Counted from the first letter of the stretch, positions 12,397 through 25,989 are shown. The stretch: 64,000 nt of DNA from Dicyema japonicum (GCA_011109175.1 RDEW01000060.1:47949-111948); one strand, 5' to 3'. The notes: generated by a model from the sequence alone, not told the origin. Program-made: numbers and translations.

Positions 12397-13379
12397 TTGC
12401 TGTAAAATTTTTTGACTCAATAATTGACTTTGTTAATTGCGGAGATATTTCTTTCTGTAATGTGAATTAGCTTATTTTGTATCACATCAGATCCTCAGAT
12501 TGAATCATGTGAAGTAAATTTTTATGAATGACCAGTGAGATTTGTGGCAACATGTAACTACGTGATTGAATATTTCCCTTTTGCTTTCAGGTAACGTGTT
12601 TTTGGTTTACCTACATAGATGAGGCCATACTGGAGCGAGTCAGGATCTCAGGATTACTAAGTTTGATTTACCCAAAGACTCACATAAGAGTTGTAAAGTT
12701 GTATGAGGTAAATCCTCCAAGATAACATCAAAGGATCATCTGTTGAAGCTGCACACATGGGATGATAGATAATGTGATTGTGTTTAATACTAGTATAAAC
12801 CCTACAAAATAATAATAACACCAGAGACCACGGTTACACAAACCTACTAATCACGTGATCCCAGCATGCTATAACAGGGACCTCATTTTGGCGATGCTCT
12901 TCCTTCGACCCCACACAAGCACGTATCGGTTAAGTAATTGGATCTTTGCAGTCACGACAGCGCGTTCCATGATTCATTCATTTCATGGCTTCAAGAAGCA
13001 TTGGAGTTGGAACTCTTCAGAATCCAGAGTTCCATGATTTTGGAGGCTTTTTTCGGATAGCCTCGCTCCCCATACATTTGTCCAAAAGATTAAAGGCTCC
13101 AGATATCACATGCGTAAGAGATGCATGGTTCAATTAATTAAAGACATATCCAGCTTAATTTAGAATAACAATTCAGAATATCTCTCATATTTTGTGTGAA
13201 TTATTATTTAACAACATGTTTTCTACTAAAATTCGGAACTCATTAAATTCTCTTTATCTCTGTATTGAGAATGTATTTGGAAGCCTCAGCTAACATGGAC
13301 ATAAAAGATTTTTTTCCTACAACTCTCCTATTAACTTGGAAGTTCATGGATCGCCCGATCAATTTTTAATAGATTAGAG

Positions 13380-13532
13380 CAGTGTTTTCCCACCTAGGTT
13401 CCGCGGAACTTAGGCGTTCTTTTTTTATATGATTAAAATTCTGATAATTGTTAAATACTATATTTAGGAGTTCCGTATAAAATGAAAAATGTAGATAGGG
13501 TTCCGTGTTCTCAAAAAGGTAGGGAATTACTG
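13380..13532. mobile_element. hAT (Charlie/Buster) MITE, 153 bp
   Basis: Imperfect TIRs CAGTGTTTTCCCACCT / AGGTAGGGAATTACTG; 8-bp TSD GATTAGAG at 13372-13379 and 13533-13540. Confidence 0.9.
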
Positions 13533-15019
13533 GATTAGAGTGTTAATCATCGTTTCTAATTTACTGTCTTACTGATCAGAAATAAATATCTCGATCGCAT
13601 GTAACATGTAAATTTAATGGTCTATTTTACAATTGCATGGATTGCTCTTTTATCAATATAGGCACAGAGCAAACTGTAGGTTTTACAAAATCGATGTCTC
13701 AGGATTCTATTGAAATAGTCGAAAAAGACGTCTATCTCGTTACTGCGGAGAAGACTAATCGTCCCCCNGTGTTAATCATTGTTTCTAATTTACTGTCTTA
13801 CTGATCAGAAATAAATATCTCGATCGCATGTAACATGTAAGTTTAATGGTCAATTTCACAATTGTTTGGTTACCATAGTGGATTAATGGCTTCAATGAGA
13901 ATAACCATTTCTAAGAATATAAAATTCTCAGTTAAAGACTAGCTGCGATATATCGGGACAGTTAAAAAACTTCATTGTTGAAGATCCTAATAGGAATCCT
14001 TATTTATCCGCAGGGATTTAAAACTAATAAAGAATCTATGTGTTGGGATGTAAAGATTGAAAGAACCTTGATGCAACATAGTCTTTACAACAATGTATTT
14101 TATTTTTAAGTTTTAGATTTTGATTAAATTTATTATTTTAGAAAGTTTGTTGTATTTTAAAATTTCAGCAAAATTATTTAAAAGACATTATTCGGTAGAA
14201 TATTTGTGTCAATTTCGACGACTTCACAAGGAAGGAGTGTCCTAATGAAAAAGTCCTTGAAATAGGAATTCTATGTGGAACTTGATATTTTGAATGGAAT
14301 TGAATTTTTTGTTTAAAGCAAGGATTAGGAACAAATTTGGAAAACAAATTGAGTTTTGTTACAAATCATCAGCTCAGTAAATCTTTTGTACTGTAAAGGG
14401 GGTTAATCTTTCAACTTTTAGTAAAATCTAAACAAGCTCGTGCAATTAGATTTTTGCAAGACGTGAGACATCAGAAACGAGAAATCACTCGAATGCTAAA
14501 AAGTTGAAAATGAGGGACCACTTCGTCAACTATCGGTACAACTACTTGTTCAACTAAAAGCGGCCCAACAACGAGGAAGACAACTTCATTCACTGAGTTT
14601 GAGTGACGGTGATGTTTTTAATTATGGTTATCTACTGTTTTAACGGAAATGAGATTTTGTGTACTCACGTCTGATAAACGCAGAAAAGTTTTTTTTATCG
14701 TGAGCGTGGGAAATACATTTCATCTAGTCCTATGGATTAGAGCCTACGAAGCACAGTAAAACTTCTACATTGAGTAACAGACTACTAAAAATAATTGCGA
14801 AGATAATACTGAATCGGGTTTTACTGTAATAATGTTATTTATACAGAACAACATGAAAGTTGTATATTGCATAAGCTTAAAGTATCCTAATTCGTTTTCT
14901 TGGTTCAGTTTACTATTTACATTTTTTTCAATTATAATAGCAATTTAAAAAAAATTTGAAAATATAAAATAAATATTTAAAAATTTACTCATTTTTATTT
15001 TATCCGAAAAGCGAAGAAT

Positions 15020-15575
15020 AAAGTGAGGCGACATGGTCCGTGCAAAATCTACTAAACCTGATGGGTCTTTGGTTACTGAAGAACCGTCTGAATGTATCAT
15101 CAGAAAAGTTGCATGAAATGACGTTTACCTCAGCACAAAAAAGAATTATACAAACAATGTGTTCTACCTAGTATCGAGTACGCCTGTACTGCATGGATTG
15201 CTCTTTTATCAATATAGACAAAGAGCAAAATGAAGGTTTTACAAAATCGATGTCTCAGGATTCTATTGAAATAGTCAAAAAAGACGTCTACCTCGTTACT
15301 GCGGAGAACACTAATCGTCCCCCAATCATGAAATACTTTAAGGAACGTCGCCGGGACTTCCTCAAAATGGGAAAAACTATCCCCTCAGTTCGCACTTCAG
15401 ACTATATATGGACGCCTGCCCAAGATATCAAAAGAAACCTTTCCCACTGTGGAGATTAATTTAGGACTCCTAAACTAACTGCGAGAAAAGGACTAGTATG
15501 AACATCGAGATTACTTAATTAGACGATAACTTTATCCTCTTTCTCGTAATTTCGGGGTTAATAAAATTAATTAAT
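15020..15575 (+). mobile_element. 3' end of a Jockey-like LINE (partial copy 13635-13768; homolog 50295-50700 -)
   Basis: Frame YKQCVLPSIEYACTAW...KVLQNRCLRILL, typical of the post-RT region; 3' UTR shared with the 50295 copy. Confidence 0.65.
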
Positions 15576-15990
15576 AAATTGAAAGAAAAGCGGAAAATAA
15601 ATACTGTTTATACTTATAAATGTGATTGAATAGTAACTCTAATCTGAACCTTGAAGTATTTAAAAGAAATTTAGTCTACTTAACCATACGATGAGTAAGA
15701 AAGTAATAATTTGAGTATCTCGAATGAACAGAGTTTATCAGACGGAGCATTCATCAGAGGAACAGACTTCATCAGAGGTAGTTTTCCGAATGTTAGGGAT
15801 CAGATTAACAATTTTTAATAAGATGCTGATTCGATCACAAAAAATTATTGAACTGAATAAAAATCATAGATAGGAATTAATTATTTTAATATAAAACTAT
15901 TAATTTATCAACTTTATATATTTGTGAATTAAATATTAATCTTTTGATACATTATAAAATTACAAATAGTTTTTAATAAAGTCAGTTAAT

Positions 15991-16278
15991 TTATACCCAG
16001 TAAATCATATTTAAAACTGCCATCCATCCAAAGTGGACCCCGCAGACATTATCGATGTTGCGTTGCCTCTCACTATTGCAACAGAGATCAACTGGAGTAG
16101 CGTCGTGGCTTTTTAGTGTAGCTAAGCGTCCAAGTTTCTTTAGGAAGCGAAGCGATTTTCCACTTATTCCTCCAGTTGTCTCGACCACTATCAGATAAAA
16201 CGCGAATCGGTCGCGTAGCGCTTCGTATTTCTTCTCCTTTGCCATCATTGTTTTTTCCGCGGAATACAGTGTGTCTAC
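15991..16278 (-). CDS. C-terminal part of the CRE RLE endonuclease (inverted 3' segment)
   Basis: [37 protein letters not shown] continues exactly where ORF 18577 stops ([10 protein letters not shown]). Confidence 0.9.
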   Translation of the reverse strand, partial: VDTLYSAEKTMMAKEKKYEALRDRFAFYLIVVETTGGISGKSLRFLKKLGRLATLKSHDATPVDLCCNSERQRNIDNVCGVHFGWMAVLNMIYWV

Positions 16279-16379
16279 CGGATTTTTGTGGATTCTCTGC
16301 ACGTTGTGTCGTCTGTTCTCGTTGTGTTGCTAAAAGAAGAGGATAAGTAGAGAATAAGAAAGGAAAATCAGAAAAGAAC

Positions 16380-16643
16380 ATGCAGAAAACTGTAAAAGAA
16401 TATGAGATCTGCACAAAGTGCAACATAATGAACAAAAGAAAGCGGATGATCCATTGCACAGCATGTTCGTATGGCTTCCACATGTCCTGTGCCGGAATGA
16501 CTAAAAGAGCCCTGGCTGCCATTTCCGATTGGCACTGTCGATCTAGTCTCTCACCAGATAATACGACAAACTCTTCCCTACGCTACCCTTCTGAACATGT
16601 TCCACTAGACCATCAGGAAATACTTGAATTGATCTCCATTTGA
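16380..16643 (+). CDS. PHD-finger N-terminus of the CRE element ORF (frameshifted from RT)
   Basis: CTKC-x11-CTAC-x4-HMSC...WHCRS, C4HC3 pattern with last Cys lost. Confidence 0.8.
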   Translation: MQKTVKEYEICTKCNIMNKRKRMIHCTACSYGFHMSCAGMTKRALAAISDWHCRSSLSPDNTTNSSLRYPSEHVPLDHQEILELISI

Positions 16644-18652
16644 CACACACACGAAGACTCCTGATTAGGATCCTTAAATCTGCCCGTATATCTGTCGCGG
16701 ACTGCCTATGTGAGTGTATTGAAAGGGCAGTTTCTTTGGACGACTCTGATGATTGGGTACGGTTATTTTGTTTTGCTCCATTCACACTATGCATACCCCA
16801 TAGGAGAGGGAAAGAAGAGAAATCACTTACGTCATTAGTAAAGGAGAATGTTCACACATTCTTCTCAAAAAACCTATTGGCAGACTCAGAAAAGCTCACT
16901 TACAAATTTCAAAACCATGAGAAGCCAACATCGACTATCTCGGACACTCAGAGATTAAGAAGCGCGATCCGTCGAAAACTTTCGGAAGGTGGTATCCGTG
17001 CTGCGGTGAGGATCCTTGCAGATCAACAATGTATAATTGAGCCGTCCGAACAGTCATACGTATCACTTGTTGAGCGACACCCAAGTCTTCCCAACGACCA
17101 CCGGGTTCCCCCTTGCCCAGGACAATTACCCAATCTGCTTGTCTCTGAAGAGGACGTAAAAGATGGGATCCTCTCTTTCGTCCCGAGTAGCAGTGGAGGA
17201 CTAGATGGGCTCCGTCCGGGTCACATCAAAGATCTCATTGCTCATAACACGGGCAACTCTGGGGTCCGGCTCGTGTTGGCTATCACCAAACTAATGAACA
17301 GGATGCTAACAGGGGCACTACCAGAAACAATTCGACACGTAATGTTCTCCGCAAAGTTAATCGCATTCGACAAGAAGGGAGGTGGAATACGCCCTATTGC
17401 AGTCGGAATGGTCTTCCGTCGGTTGGCATCAAAGCTTGTATGCGGAGCAATCCTACCTACGCTAATAACACAGCTGCAACCAACCCAAATAGCAGTCGGC
17501 ACACCGGGGGGTTGTGAAGCGGCAGTTCATGCTGTCCGAACATTCACCGATAAGAACGTGAACATTCCTCACGTAATCGTCAAAATTGACATTAAAAATG
17601 CTTTCAACTCGATACGACGTGATACAATTCTGGAGGATTCCTTCACATACTACCCATCAATGTACAGCTATATTCATAGCTCGTACGGAAAACCATCCAG
17701 TCTGGTACATGGCCAATATTACATTCCATCGTCTTCTGGAGTCCAACAAGGAGACCCACTAGGGCCCGCCTTGTTCAGCCTGGGAATTGCCCGTATCACA
17801 GGATACTGCTCCACTCCTCTAAGAGTATGGTATTTGGATGATTGCACCATGGGCGGCCATCCGAAGGATGTACTAGATTGTTTGAAAAGTCTGATAGTAC
17901 AATTGGAATCCCTATGCCTAACTCTAAACACCAATAAGTGTGAAGTAACCAATTTTGGATTTCCACAGTCTGAATGGGATCTGATCCTTGGTATGTTCAG
18001 AGAGATCATTCCGAAAGCCACAGAAACCAAATCAGAACAACTGGAAATACTTGGATGCCCTCTTACTGATGCTGGAATCAGTAACACTCTAAGAACAAAA
18101 GAACATCAACTAAAAACAACATTCAGACGTCTGGAGATGCTGGACGCACACACCTCCCTATTCCTCATGAGAAACGCCTTATCAGCACAGAAACTAAACT
18201 ACGTTCTTCGGGGGGCACCCTGCTACTTGAAAATGCAACAGCTCGATGCTATCGATTCCCTCTTCCGGAGTACTATTGAACATATCACAAATGTGAAATT
18301 TGACGATCAAGGGTGGGACCAAGCGACCCTACCCGTTAGGCTGGGCGGACTGGGAATCCCTTCAACGAAAGATCTGGCTTGCCCTGCTTATCTATCCTCT
18401 TTGGGCACCAGCCGACTGCTGGTCAGGATGATTCTCCAACTCCAAACAGAATCATCTGAAATCACAGAGATGGAGCATTTGAAGGGGATGATGCCTGAGC
18501 AGAAAGATCGTTACAGGACCATCTGCGAGGATAAATATGAGAGGCTTCTGAACCAATCAAACCAACACAGACGTGCATGTCTAGTCACTGGAAGAATCGA
18601 GTGGCGCATGGATCAATGCACTCCCTGTTGGCAGTGTCGGGACCCATCTTGA
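16640..18652 (+). CDS. Reverse transcriptase of CRE-clade element
   Basis: 670 aa open frame: [55 protein letters not shown]. Confidence 0.97.
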   Translation: MTHTRRLLIRILKSARISVADCLCECIERAVSLDDSDDWVRLFCFAPFTLCIPHRRGKEEKSLTSLVKENVHTFFSKNLLADSEKLTYKFQNHEKPTSTISDTQRLRSAIRRKLSEGGIRAAVRILADQQCIIEPSEQSYVSLVERHPSLPNDHRVPPCPGQLPNLLVSEEDVKDGILSFVPSSSGGLDGLRPGHIKDLIAHNTGNSGVRLVLAITKLMNRMLTGALPETIRHVMFSAKLIAFDKKGGGIRPIAVGMVFRRLASKLVCGAILPTLITQLQPTQIAVGTPGGCEAAVHAVRTFTDKNVNIPHVIVKIDIKNAFNSIRRDTILEDSFTYYPSMYSYIHSSYGKPSSLVHGQYYIPSSSGVQQGDPLGPALFSLGIARITGYCSTPLRVWYLDDCTMGGHPKDVLDCLKSLIVQLESLCLTLNTNKCEVTNFGFPQSEWDLILGMFREIIPKATETKSEQLEILGCPLTDAGISNTLRTKEHQLKTTFRRLEMLDAHTSLFLMRNALSAQKLNYVLRGAPCYLKMQQLDAIDSLFRSTIEHITNVKFDDQGWDQATLPVRLGGLGIPSTKDLACPAYLSSLGTSRLLVRMILQLQTESSEITEMEHLKGMMPEQKDRYRTICEDKYERLLNQSNQHRRACLVTGRIEWRMDQCTPCWQCRDPS

Positions 18653-19032
18653 CGACAATACTGTCCGCATCGGCATCTCCACCAGAGATTTGCCGGATCC
18701 ACAAATGCCGATGTGGCCCAACCGTCGATTGTTATGGACTCCATGCCCTCTCTTGTCGAAGGAGTGCAGGACGATTCCCAAGACACAAGGCGATCAACGG
18801 AATTGTTAAGCGAGCCCTGGAGTCTGCGGGATACCCAGCCATACTAGAACCTGTTGGTCTGGACAGAGGAGACGGAAAACGTCCCGACGGGATCACAATT
18901 TTCCCATTCGAAGAGGGGAAACCTTTGATCTGGGACGCTACTTGTGTCGACAAGCTTTGCCCGTCCAACATTGTCGGGAGCGCTGTAGACACACTGTATT
19001 CCGCTGAAAAAACAATATTAATCTTAAATTAA
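18577..19032 (+). CDS. CCHC knuckle + restriction-like endonuclease of CRE element (truncated at inversion)
   Basis: CRCG...GLHALSC...RH...RPDG...WDATC motifs. Confidence 0.93.
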   Translation: MSSHWKNRVAHGSMHSLLAVSGPILTTILSASASPPEICRIHKCRCGPTVDCYGLHALSCRRSAGRFPRHKAINGIVKRALESAGYPAILEPVGLDRGDGKRPDGITIFPFEEGKPLIWDATCVDKLCPSNIVGSAVDTLYSAEKTILILN

Positions 19033-19199
19033 ATTTTTGATTGAGCTGGTGACGTGGCTCTAATAAAGTATTAACATGTCTGAAAAGTATGAACCTTATC
19101 TTNGGACGCTACTTGTGTCGATAATGTCGGCGGGGTCCACTTTGGATGGATGGCAGTTTTAATAAAAGAATAAATTTGTGTTGTTTTATAATAGTTACA

Positions 19200-19295
19200 C
19201 TTAGGAATCGTCCCCTCCCTTGTCGGTCTGGGATCATTTAGTTAGTTGAGAACATATTATTTCTTTTCTTTGACCCAGTGATCCTAGAGGTAATA
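19200..19295 (+). mobile_element. Very short 5'-truncated LINE 3' end with (TAA)n tail
   Basis: Homologous to 42543-42645; flanked by direct repeat ATAATAGTTACA (19188-19199 and ~19296-19307). Confidence 0.7.
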
Positions 19296-19664
19296 ATAAT
19301 AGTTACAAGAAAGTCATATTATGTAGTATCTCTTTGGTTACCATGGAAACACGTAAAAAAACATGTTGCCCATAGGCTTAGGTTGCACATGTGAGATAGT
19401 ATTACGTGGAAACGTATTAAATTTAACAAAAGTTGTTTGTCAATTTTTATACTTTTAATGGAAAATTAACATTTATAATTCAAATTAGATTGTTGAGGAA
19501 AATTTCAGGAAAACTTTTTTATTTATGAATTTGTTTATGCAGGAATTTTTTTATTGATAAATTAATTTCAGTATTTTTTATCAAAAAAATACTATTGATT
19601 TTTTACGTCATATATAAGGCGAAATTTCGGACAAATATATTTTCTGTAAGTCACAACATTGTCC

Positions 19665-20021
19665 ATGAATGAAACTTCTAGAAATAAATCTACATTACAA
19701 AGAGCAACGTGGTCATCACGCTTTGATTTTTTAATATCTACCGTGGGTCTTTCGATTGGTTTTGGAAACGTTTGGAGATTTCCGTATTTGTGCTATAAAC
19801 ATGGCGGAGGTAAAATTTTAGATAAATTTTCTTAGGAGCCTTCTTAATACCCTATTTTCTAGCAGCAATATTTTGCGGAATTCCTCTAGTGTATACTGAA
19901 AGTCTAATTGGACAACTTACAAAGAGATCAGCCATAAAATGTTGGAATTTTTGCCCGTTGTTAAGCGGTACTTATAATTTTAATCTGCAATGAAAATTCA
20001 AGGAATCGGAGTAGCATGCGC
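19665..20021 (+). CDS. SLC6 sodium:neurotransmitter symporter, 5' part (cut by assembly gap)
   Basis: [43 protein letters not shown]...GIP...E...GQ; phase-1 introns 19810-19835 (26 nt) and 19968-20002 (35 nt); sequence after n at 20022 is unrelated. Confidence 0.95.
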
Positions 20022-20519
20022 NCACGCAGTGAGGGCACCAACTAAATAATATAAACCCATTATTTTCAATTTTTGAACCATAAAATAAATAGATTATTGA
20101 TACCTAACAATTTTGGATACAAATAGCATGGAAAACAAATATANTATGATGCAGCTCTCAATTCTGAGAAGGAACAGCCACGCAGTGAGGGCAGCAACTA
20201 AATAATATAAACCCATTATTTTTAATTTTTGAACCATAAAATAAATAGATTATTGATACCTAACAATTTTGGATACAAATAGCATGGAAAACTAATGTAA
20301 CCAAAATAATCCTGACATGATGCAGACAACATAACAATTTGAATTACAAAAAACTGGAAGAGAAATATAGCCAAAAGATATATACGGAAAATCTTAAATT
20401 ATATCCAAAAAATACAATTAGTTTCACCAAAGGCCTTCAGGCATTTCACCAAAAAATACAAATCCTAAATTATATCCAAAAAATATAATTGTTTATGGTG
20501 GACAGATGGGTTTATGAAA

Positions 20520-21450
20520 AAAAAAGAAATTAAAATCCTCATATTGTAGCCAAATTTACAAAACTGGAAAAGCACTTCGAATAAATCCCTAGAGCTAGTT
20601 CTGGAATCTATCTCAACACCGCAGACAAAGTCCCACAAATCACTATTCTAGTGTGAAAGATTTGCTAGAAAGCATAAGGATCAAGGAATTGTTAGTTTGA
20701 TAATACCATTGATCAATAAGACTTTCTTAGGGTAGCTGAGAATATTCCAGAACGTGTTAGCATGGAACGAAATTGTCTGCTTGTGGAATAATTAGTTTGA
20801 CCCTTTAAAATCCCATCAAGGCAATGGGCGTAACTGAATAAGGAAAAAAAGAAATTTTAAACTAATTAGCAATAACAGAACATGGCGCCTCGTGTCAAGT
20901 TATGGCTAAATAGTTTAGGAGAGAAATTAGTCATGCAGACATTTTTAGTTTCATTAGTTAGTGAAAAGCTACTTTTCGTAACCCTAAAAGGGTTTCGATT
21001 GAACCATGCTATACAGCCATCATCGCCACACCAACTTGTTTCTGGTAATCATTAGAACGTCATCCAGGTTATATGCTGTTACCAAGTTTAGACCGATTGT
21101 TTCTTAATCATCTTTTAAGCAAATTGGTAGTGTATTTCTGGGTCTGCTTCGAAATACGTTACTTTCGGCACAGTAGAAATATTCTTCCATTATCCTGTTA
21201 CACGTCGTAGTCGGGTCCAGACAAAAAAATGTCCGGATAGTTGTAGTCTCGATAGAATGACGTACATGCTAATTGGAGCAGATTTACATGGAACAGATTA
21301 TAGCTAGTTTGAGATTTTTCACGGACAGAAGGTTCCAGTCAGTATACGCAGTTGGCTTCTGTGGCAAGTATATAGTCTCTCTAAATCGTTTTTGAGGTTC
21401 CCTGTGTTCCGGAATTGTATACTAGTATTGGCTGGATAAACGTGTTTTTT
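20520..21450 (+). mobile_element. Possible highly decayed Penelope-like RT
   Basis: Broken motifs resembling PxIYGLPKIHKxGxPLR (cctcatattgtagccaaatttacaaaactggaaaagcacttcga), LVSFD and SVYRK; no continuous ORF. Confidence 0.3.
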
Positions 21451-21459
21451 GGTGAGGTG

Positions 21460-24400
21460 GTGAAGATTCTCTGTGACGATCTGGAGAGATACGATGCATC
21501 TATTGGGTGCCTACAAGAGACGAAAGTTACTTGTAGCCTTGATGATAACTATGGCGAATGTCGAATTATATGTAATTCGAGCGACTTGAAACATTATGAA
21601 TTTGTCATCCACTCAAAGTTGACAAGTGTAGTCAACCGTTTATGGAGTGTGAATGAAAGGATCTGTGTTATACAAATCCGACTAAACGACTTACCTCCTT
21701 CGAAGTGCTTTCTGACAATTGTAAATGTTTATGCATCACACTGCTGGAGAGTAGCAAAAGATCCGACAGAACTTGACGACTTCTATTCAACACTGTTACG
21801 GACGTACAACGAATATGATTCGTCATCACTAATACTCATTGCTGGGGATTTGAATACAAAAATCGGGATGAAGAATAACCCGGATGATGTTTTCTTGGGA
21901 GAAGATGGACGTGGAATAAGAAACCTATCCGCGACAATACTTGGTCACTTTTGTATGCCAAACAACCTTTTCCTATGCAATACTGCATTTACGCATCCAT
22001 CCACAAAACTACGTGGATGAGGAAGAGAAGGAACTCAGAGGGAAAGCTGGTCCCAATATACAACCGAATAGATTATGTCATTTGCCGGGCTAAAGACAAA
22101 CACTTTCTAGTAAACGCTCATTCATATGAAGGCTCGACGACTATCAGCGACCACAAGATGGTTGTTGCAACCTTTACCCTGAATAAACATGCCAGCAAAT
22201 ACATGAATTTCAAAAATCACGAATTTGAGAAAATCAGAGGCGACTACGCGACTGAAAGGCTGATTTTATGAAGGCTCGACGACTGTCAACGACCACAAGA
22301 TGGTTATTGCAACCATTACCCTGAATAAACATGCCAGCAAATACATGAATTTCAAAAATCACGAATTTGAGAAAATCAGAGGCGACTACGCGACTGAAAG
22401 GCTGATTTCCCAGCCGGAGAATACTGAGAGATATCAACAATACATTCAGACTAATCTGGAGGACGTATTGGTGGATACCACGTTAAAAGACGCCTGGAAA
22501 TGCACAAAGGACACCATCAACGAAGCTGCTGAAGCATGTCTTGGCAAAAGGGAGATTAGTAAAATGCACCTAAAGGATATTCATCCAGATGTTCCTGAAC
22601 TTACGATAAGTCTAAAAAAAATAAATGAGAAAATCAAATGCCTCTGACTCTAATAAGATAAAAGCCCTTCAAGGCGAATGCAACGTGCCAGAAGAAAAAT
22701 AAAGGGTCTGAACAAGAAGCTTTTCATAGAAGAAATAGCTTCCTGTATAGAAGAAGTGAACAAAGTGAAAGACAACGCACAGGTGTACGTCGCTGCCCGT
22801 TTGCTGCGGCGAACAAACCGAAGTAGACTACCAATAAAAGACGAGAACGGTAAGCTGATACTGAACACCAAAGAACAAAATGAAGCCATCGCTGCCCACT
22901 TTGAGAAGCTTTTCAACATCGAAACCATATAAATCCACCCATTTGATGGAAGACCCCAAGACCGATGGAAATACCAATCACGGCCGAGGAATTAAAACGG
23001 CCTGCCGAAAACTCAAGAATAACAGAACCCCCGGACCAGATGTGATTAACCCAGAATTACTGAAATACGGCACTGACCCCCTTTTTTAAAAAATCGCTAC
23101 TCTACTAATTGAAATGTTTTCAACTAACTTAACTCCACCTCTGGGTACGGAACAACTAATCCCCATACAAAAAACCAACAAAAACAGAGGACAGCTTGAA
23201 AATTAGCGACCCATCATACTACTAAATTCATTACGCAAAGTCTTGGCAAACATTGTGCTTTAACGAATAAAAGGATCTGCTTACAAATACCTACCAAATA
23301 GTCAAAGTGGTTTTCGAGAAAAAATATCTACAGCTGATGCAGTCTGGAGTCACAGATGGAGGTGTGCAACATATCAAAGATTCCGTAACGCCACCAATAT
23401 CCTCGGAATTGACCTATCAAGTGCTTTTGATACGGTTAACAGGAACAAATTAATGGGGGTTCTGAGCGGATTTCTTGATGAGTCGAGTATAAGGATGACT
23501 CGAATCTACTTTCTAACACTGAGCTCTTTGTGAGAGTCGGAAAGACCTATTGAAGAAAAAAAGAAACAAACACGGGCACTTTACAAGAAGACTTTTTTTC
23601 CTCTACTATTCACAATTTATTTGGAAGCTGCTATGAGGGAACTAGGAGAGCGCTATACAAAGGAAAGACGGAAGAAGTAATCTTAGACCTAATTTCTGAA
23701 GACAATTTCTGAAGACAGAGGTCCTGGAAAACCTATTAGAAAAAGCACTAGATGTATAGGGAAATGGTTTCTACTGTGAACAGAGAGAAAACAGAAATCA
23801 CAGAGATAAGAAGGATGAGCAACGTCCTAGAAGAGAAGTGGCGACAAGTAAAGAAACTCGGTTCACTTTTGGGAAATAGCTTAGATACTAGCCAATGCTG
23901 TGTTATATAAACTGAAGAATCTATGGCTCAATCAAAAAGGCATCGACACGAAAATGAGAATCCTATTATACGACTCATTCATAAAACCCGTACTTTTATA
24001 TAAAGCTGGAACTTGGGTGACCTCATCAGCGGATGTGGAAAAACTCGACTCATTCCACGAAGTCAGCTGAGAAAAATAACAGGAACTACTTAGCCTACGA
24101 GAATATTGAGGAATGCTTTATATAAGAGATGCAGCACTAGACCTATCAGCTTAGAAGTACTGGAATCCCGATGGAAGCTCTTCGGACAGGTGCTGAGGAT
24201 TGAATTAACATCCCCATCTAACATATCGATGGAAACATACCATGTTAGTCAACAAGGCCGCTATCGTGGAAGACCAAGAACAATACTGCAAAAAGTCTTA
24301 CAAAATGATATGGTCAATATCAAAAAAAATCTAATAAATGACGACGATCTGGACATCATGAGAGCCTTGGCTAAAAACAGGTGAACATCGAGAAGGATGA
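21460..24400 (+). mobile_element. RTE-like LINE (APE + RT), frameshifted
   Basis: CLQETK, AGDLN, IDYV, SDH, PGPD, RPI, QSGFR, DLSSAFD, RWKLFG, RGRPRT motifs over ORFs 21415-24384. Confidence 0.92.
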
Positions 24401-24790
24401 CATCTAACCTTGTTTCTTTTAATGAACATGCGAAGCTATAATTAGTATGACTCTCGTGAAGTGCTTAAATACATAATAAGCGTGTCGTATAGTTAGACAA
24501 GAAAGTTTCATTGATAAATTACTCTTTCTTATCCAGATATTGTACATTTTTGAAGTATATAGTAGCCAAGATTTTCCTTGGACTAATATCCTCAGCGTCA
24601 CCTACTGAGCCGAGTTTTTTTGTATGTCTACAGAGTTCGTCAATCTTGATTTGGGTCGTTCAAATCATGTGTAGTCAGTTTTTGTAAACGTCTGACTATA
24701 TATTATTATAGATATTAAATATAAAAATTAAAAAAAGTCATGTTACAAATTTAAATAAAATAAAAATTGACCTAATAAAATTTAGATTAC

Positions 24791-25989
24791 ATGAACAGAA
24801 CTATTAATTTTATCATATATTCTGTTAAGCAAAATCGTCAAAATAAAATGCAATCGGAATTATTTATTGATTCATATGTAATTTATAAGAATCCTTCTAA
24901 AGTATATATTTCATTAACTTTAGGAATATCCGTTATTTTGGTTAAATTGGAATACACATGTAGATGACTGGAAAACTTATAGAACGTATAATTTTTTTCA
25001 ATATAATATAAATTTTACACTTATTCCACACTTTTACAGTGAGTTTTATACTATTGACTTTATAACAGAAATTGATTATGGTACGCTTTTTGTTATACTA
25101 AGGTGGTAAACGTTATACAAATATTACAAAGATTCCTAAAACTAGATTTGGAGACGACTATCGATGTGGTTATACTCATATTAGTTTTTCGGATAATATA
25201 TCTGTTACATTTTATTCAATCAAGTTGCAATATCACGATAATGATAGATTGTATTATTTTACTGGAAAAGGTTTTTATTAAAATTTTTTTAGCTAACGAC
25301 TGTAACCCAAATAATGACCCAAATACGCCGATTTGGTTTTTATTAACAAAAATAGAATCCGAGCAGTAATAAGTGGAAATATCAAAATATCATATATTGA
25401 CAATAACAAAATTGTACACGTTTGCATTGATTCTTAGATAACAGATGAGCATTTCAGTTATCATTACGATAATTTTATAACACGTGTTGTTAATCGAATC
25501 CATAAATATCTTTTGATTGGTGCAAATTCTAAAATATATATTACGTGGAAAAACTAGATAAAAAATATATTATTTATAACTTTTATGTTTGTGTTGGACA
25601 TGAAAAATCTAAATGTGTTTTATTTGAAAAGCAATTTAAACAAATTAAAATGGGAGGATATTATCAATGTGGACTCATCTCACAAAACTATAAAAATTTG
25701 TCTATCGAAATTTCATCTCTTAAATTACAATTCTTCCGCAATGATCTGAGTTTTGAATTTATTGGAAATTGTAAATAAAACTGACTAAATTTTAGATGAA
25801 ATAAGTTTTGAAGAACTAATATCTTCTGAAAGTACATTTTTAAAAAAATTGACGAAACATCAAATAATTGGAATCGTATGTGGAGTTGTTGAAATAATAT
25901 TTACGTGTGTCATTGTCCATATTTATTTCAAACCAAAATCACATGTTGAAATACAGGAAAACATTCCATTAAACTTTGTAACTAACTGA
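24791..25989 (+). pseudogene. LAMP-like type I membrane protein copy, frameshifted, lacking exon 6
   Basis: Colinear with the intact copy at 46851; indels (e.g. ttacgtggaa vs ttacggtggaa). Confidence 0.7.

Larger units (their letters stand above)
9898..12730. repeat. Direct segmental duplication, second copy at ~37141-40195
   Basis: Colinear near-identity; this copy carries a SINE, the other carries an extra ~500 bp at 39096-39590. Confidence 0.9.
15944..19016. mobile_element. Near-complete CRE-clade RLE non-LTR retrotransposon with internal inversion
   Basis: PHD ORF 16380, RT ORF 16640-18652, RLE ORF 18577-19032 on +; its own 3' end on - at 15944-16278; 12-bp TSD AATATTAATCTT at 15932-15943 and 19014-19025. 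Confidence 0.9.

Noticed and set aside
12157-12420. Minus-strand ORFs 12157-12420 and 39596-39883
   Set aside because: Antisense shadows of SERF.
13900-14900. Coding-looking AT-rich stretch with possible micro-introns (also 28400-29600, 40240-40640, 42770-43330)
   Set aside because: No open spliced model or family motif found by hand.
17242-18992. Minus-strand ORFs over the CRE element
   Set aside because: Antisense shadows of RT/RLE coding sequence.
19105-19165. 60-bp piece joining CRE WDATCVD region to its 3' end
   Set aside because: Immediately after an nn gap; may be chimeric.
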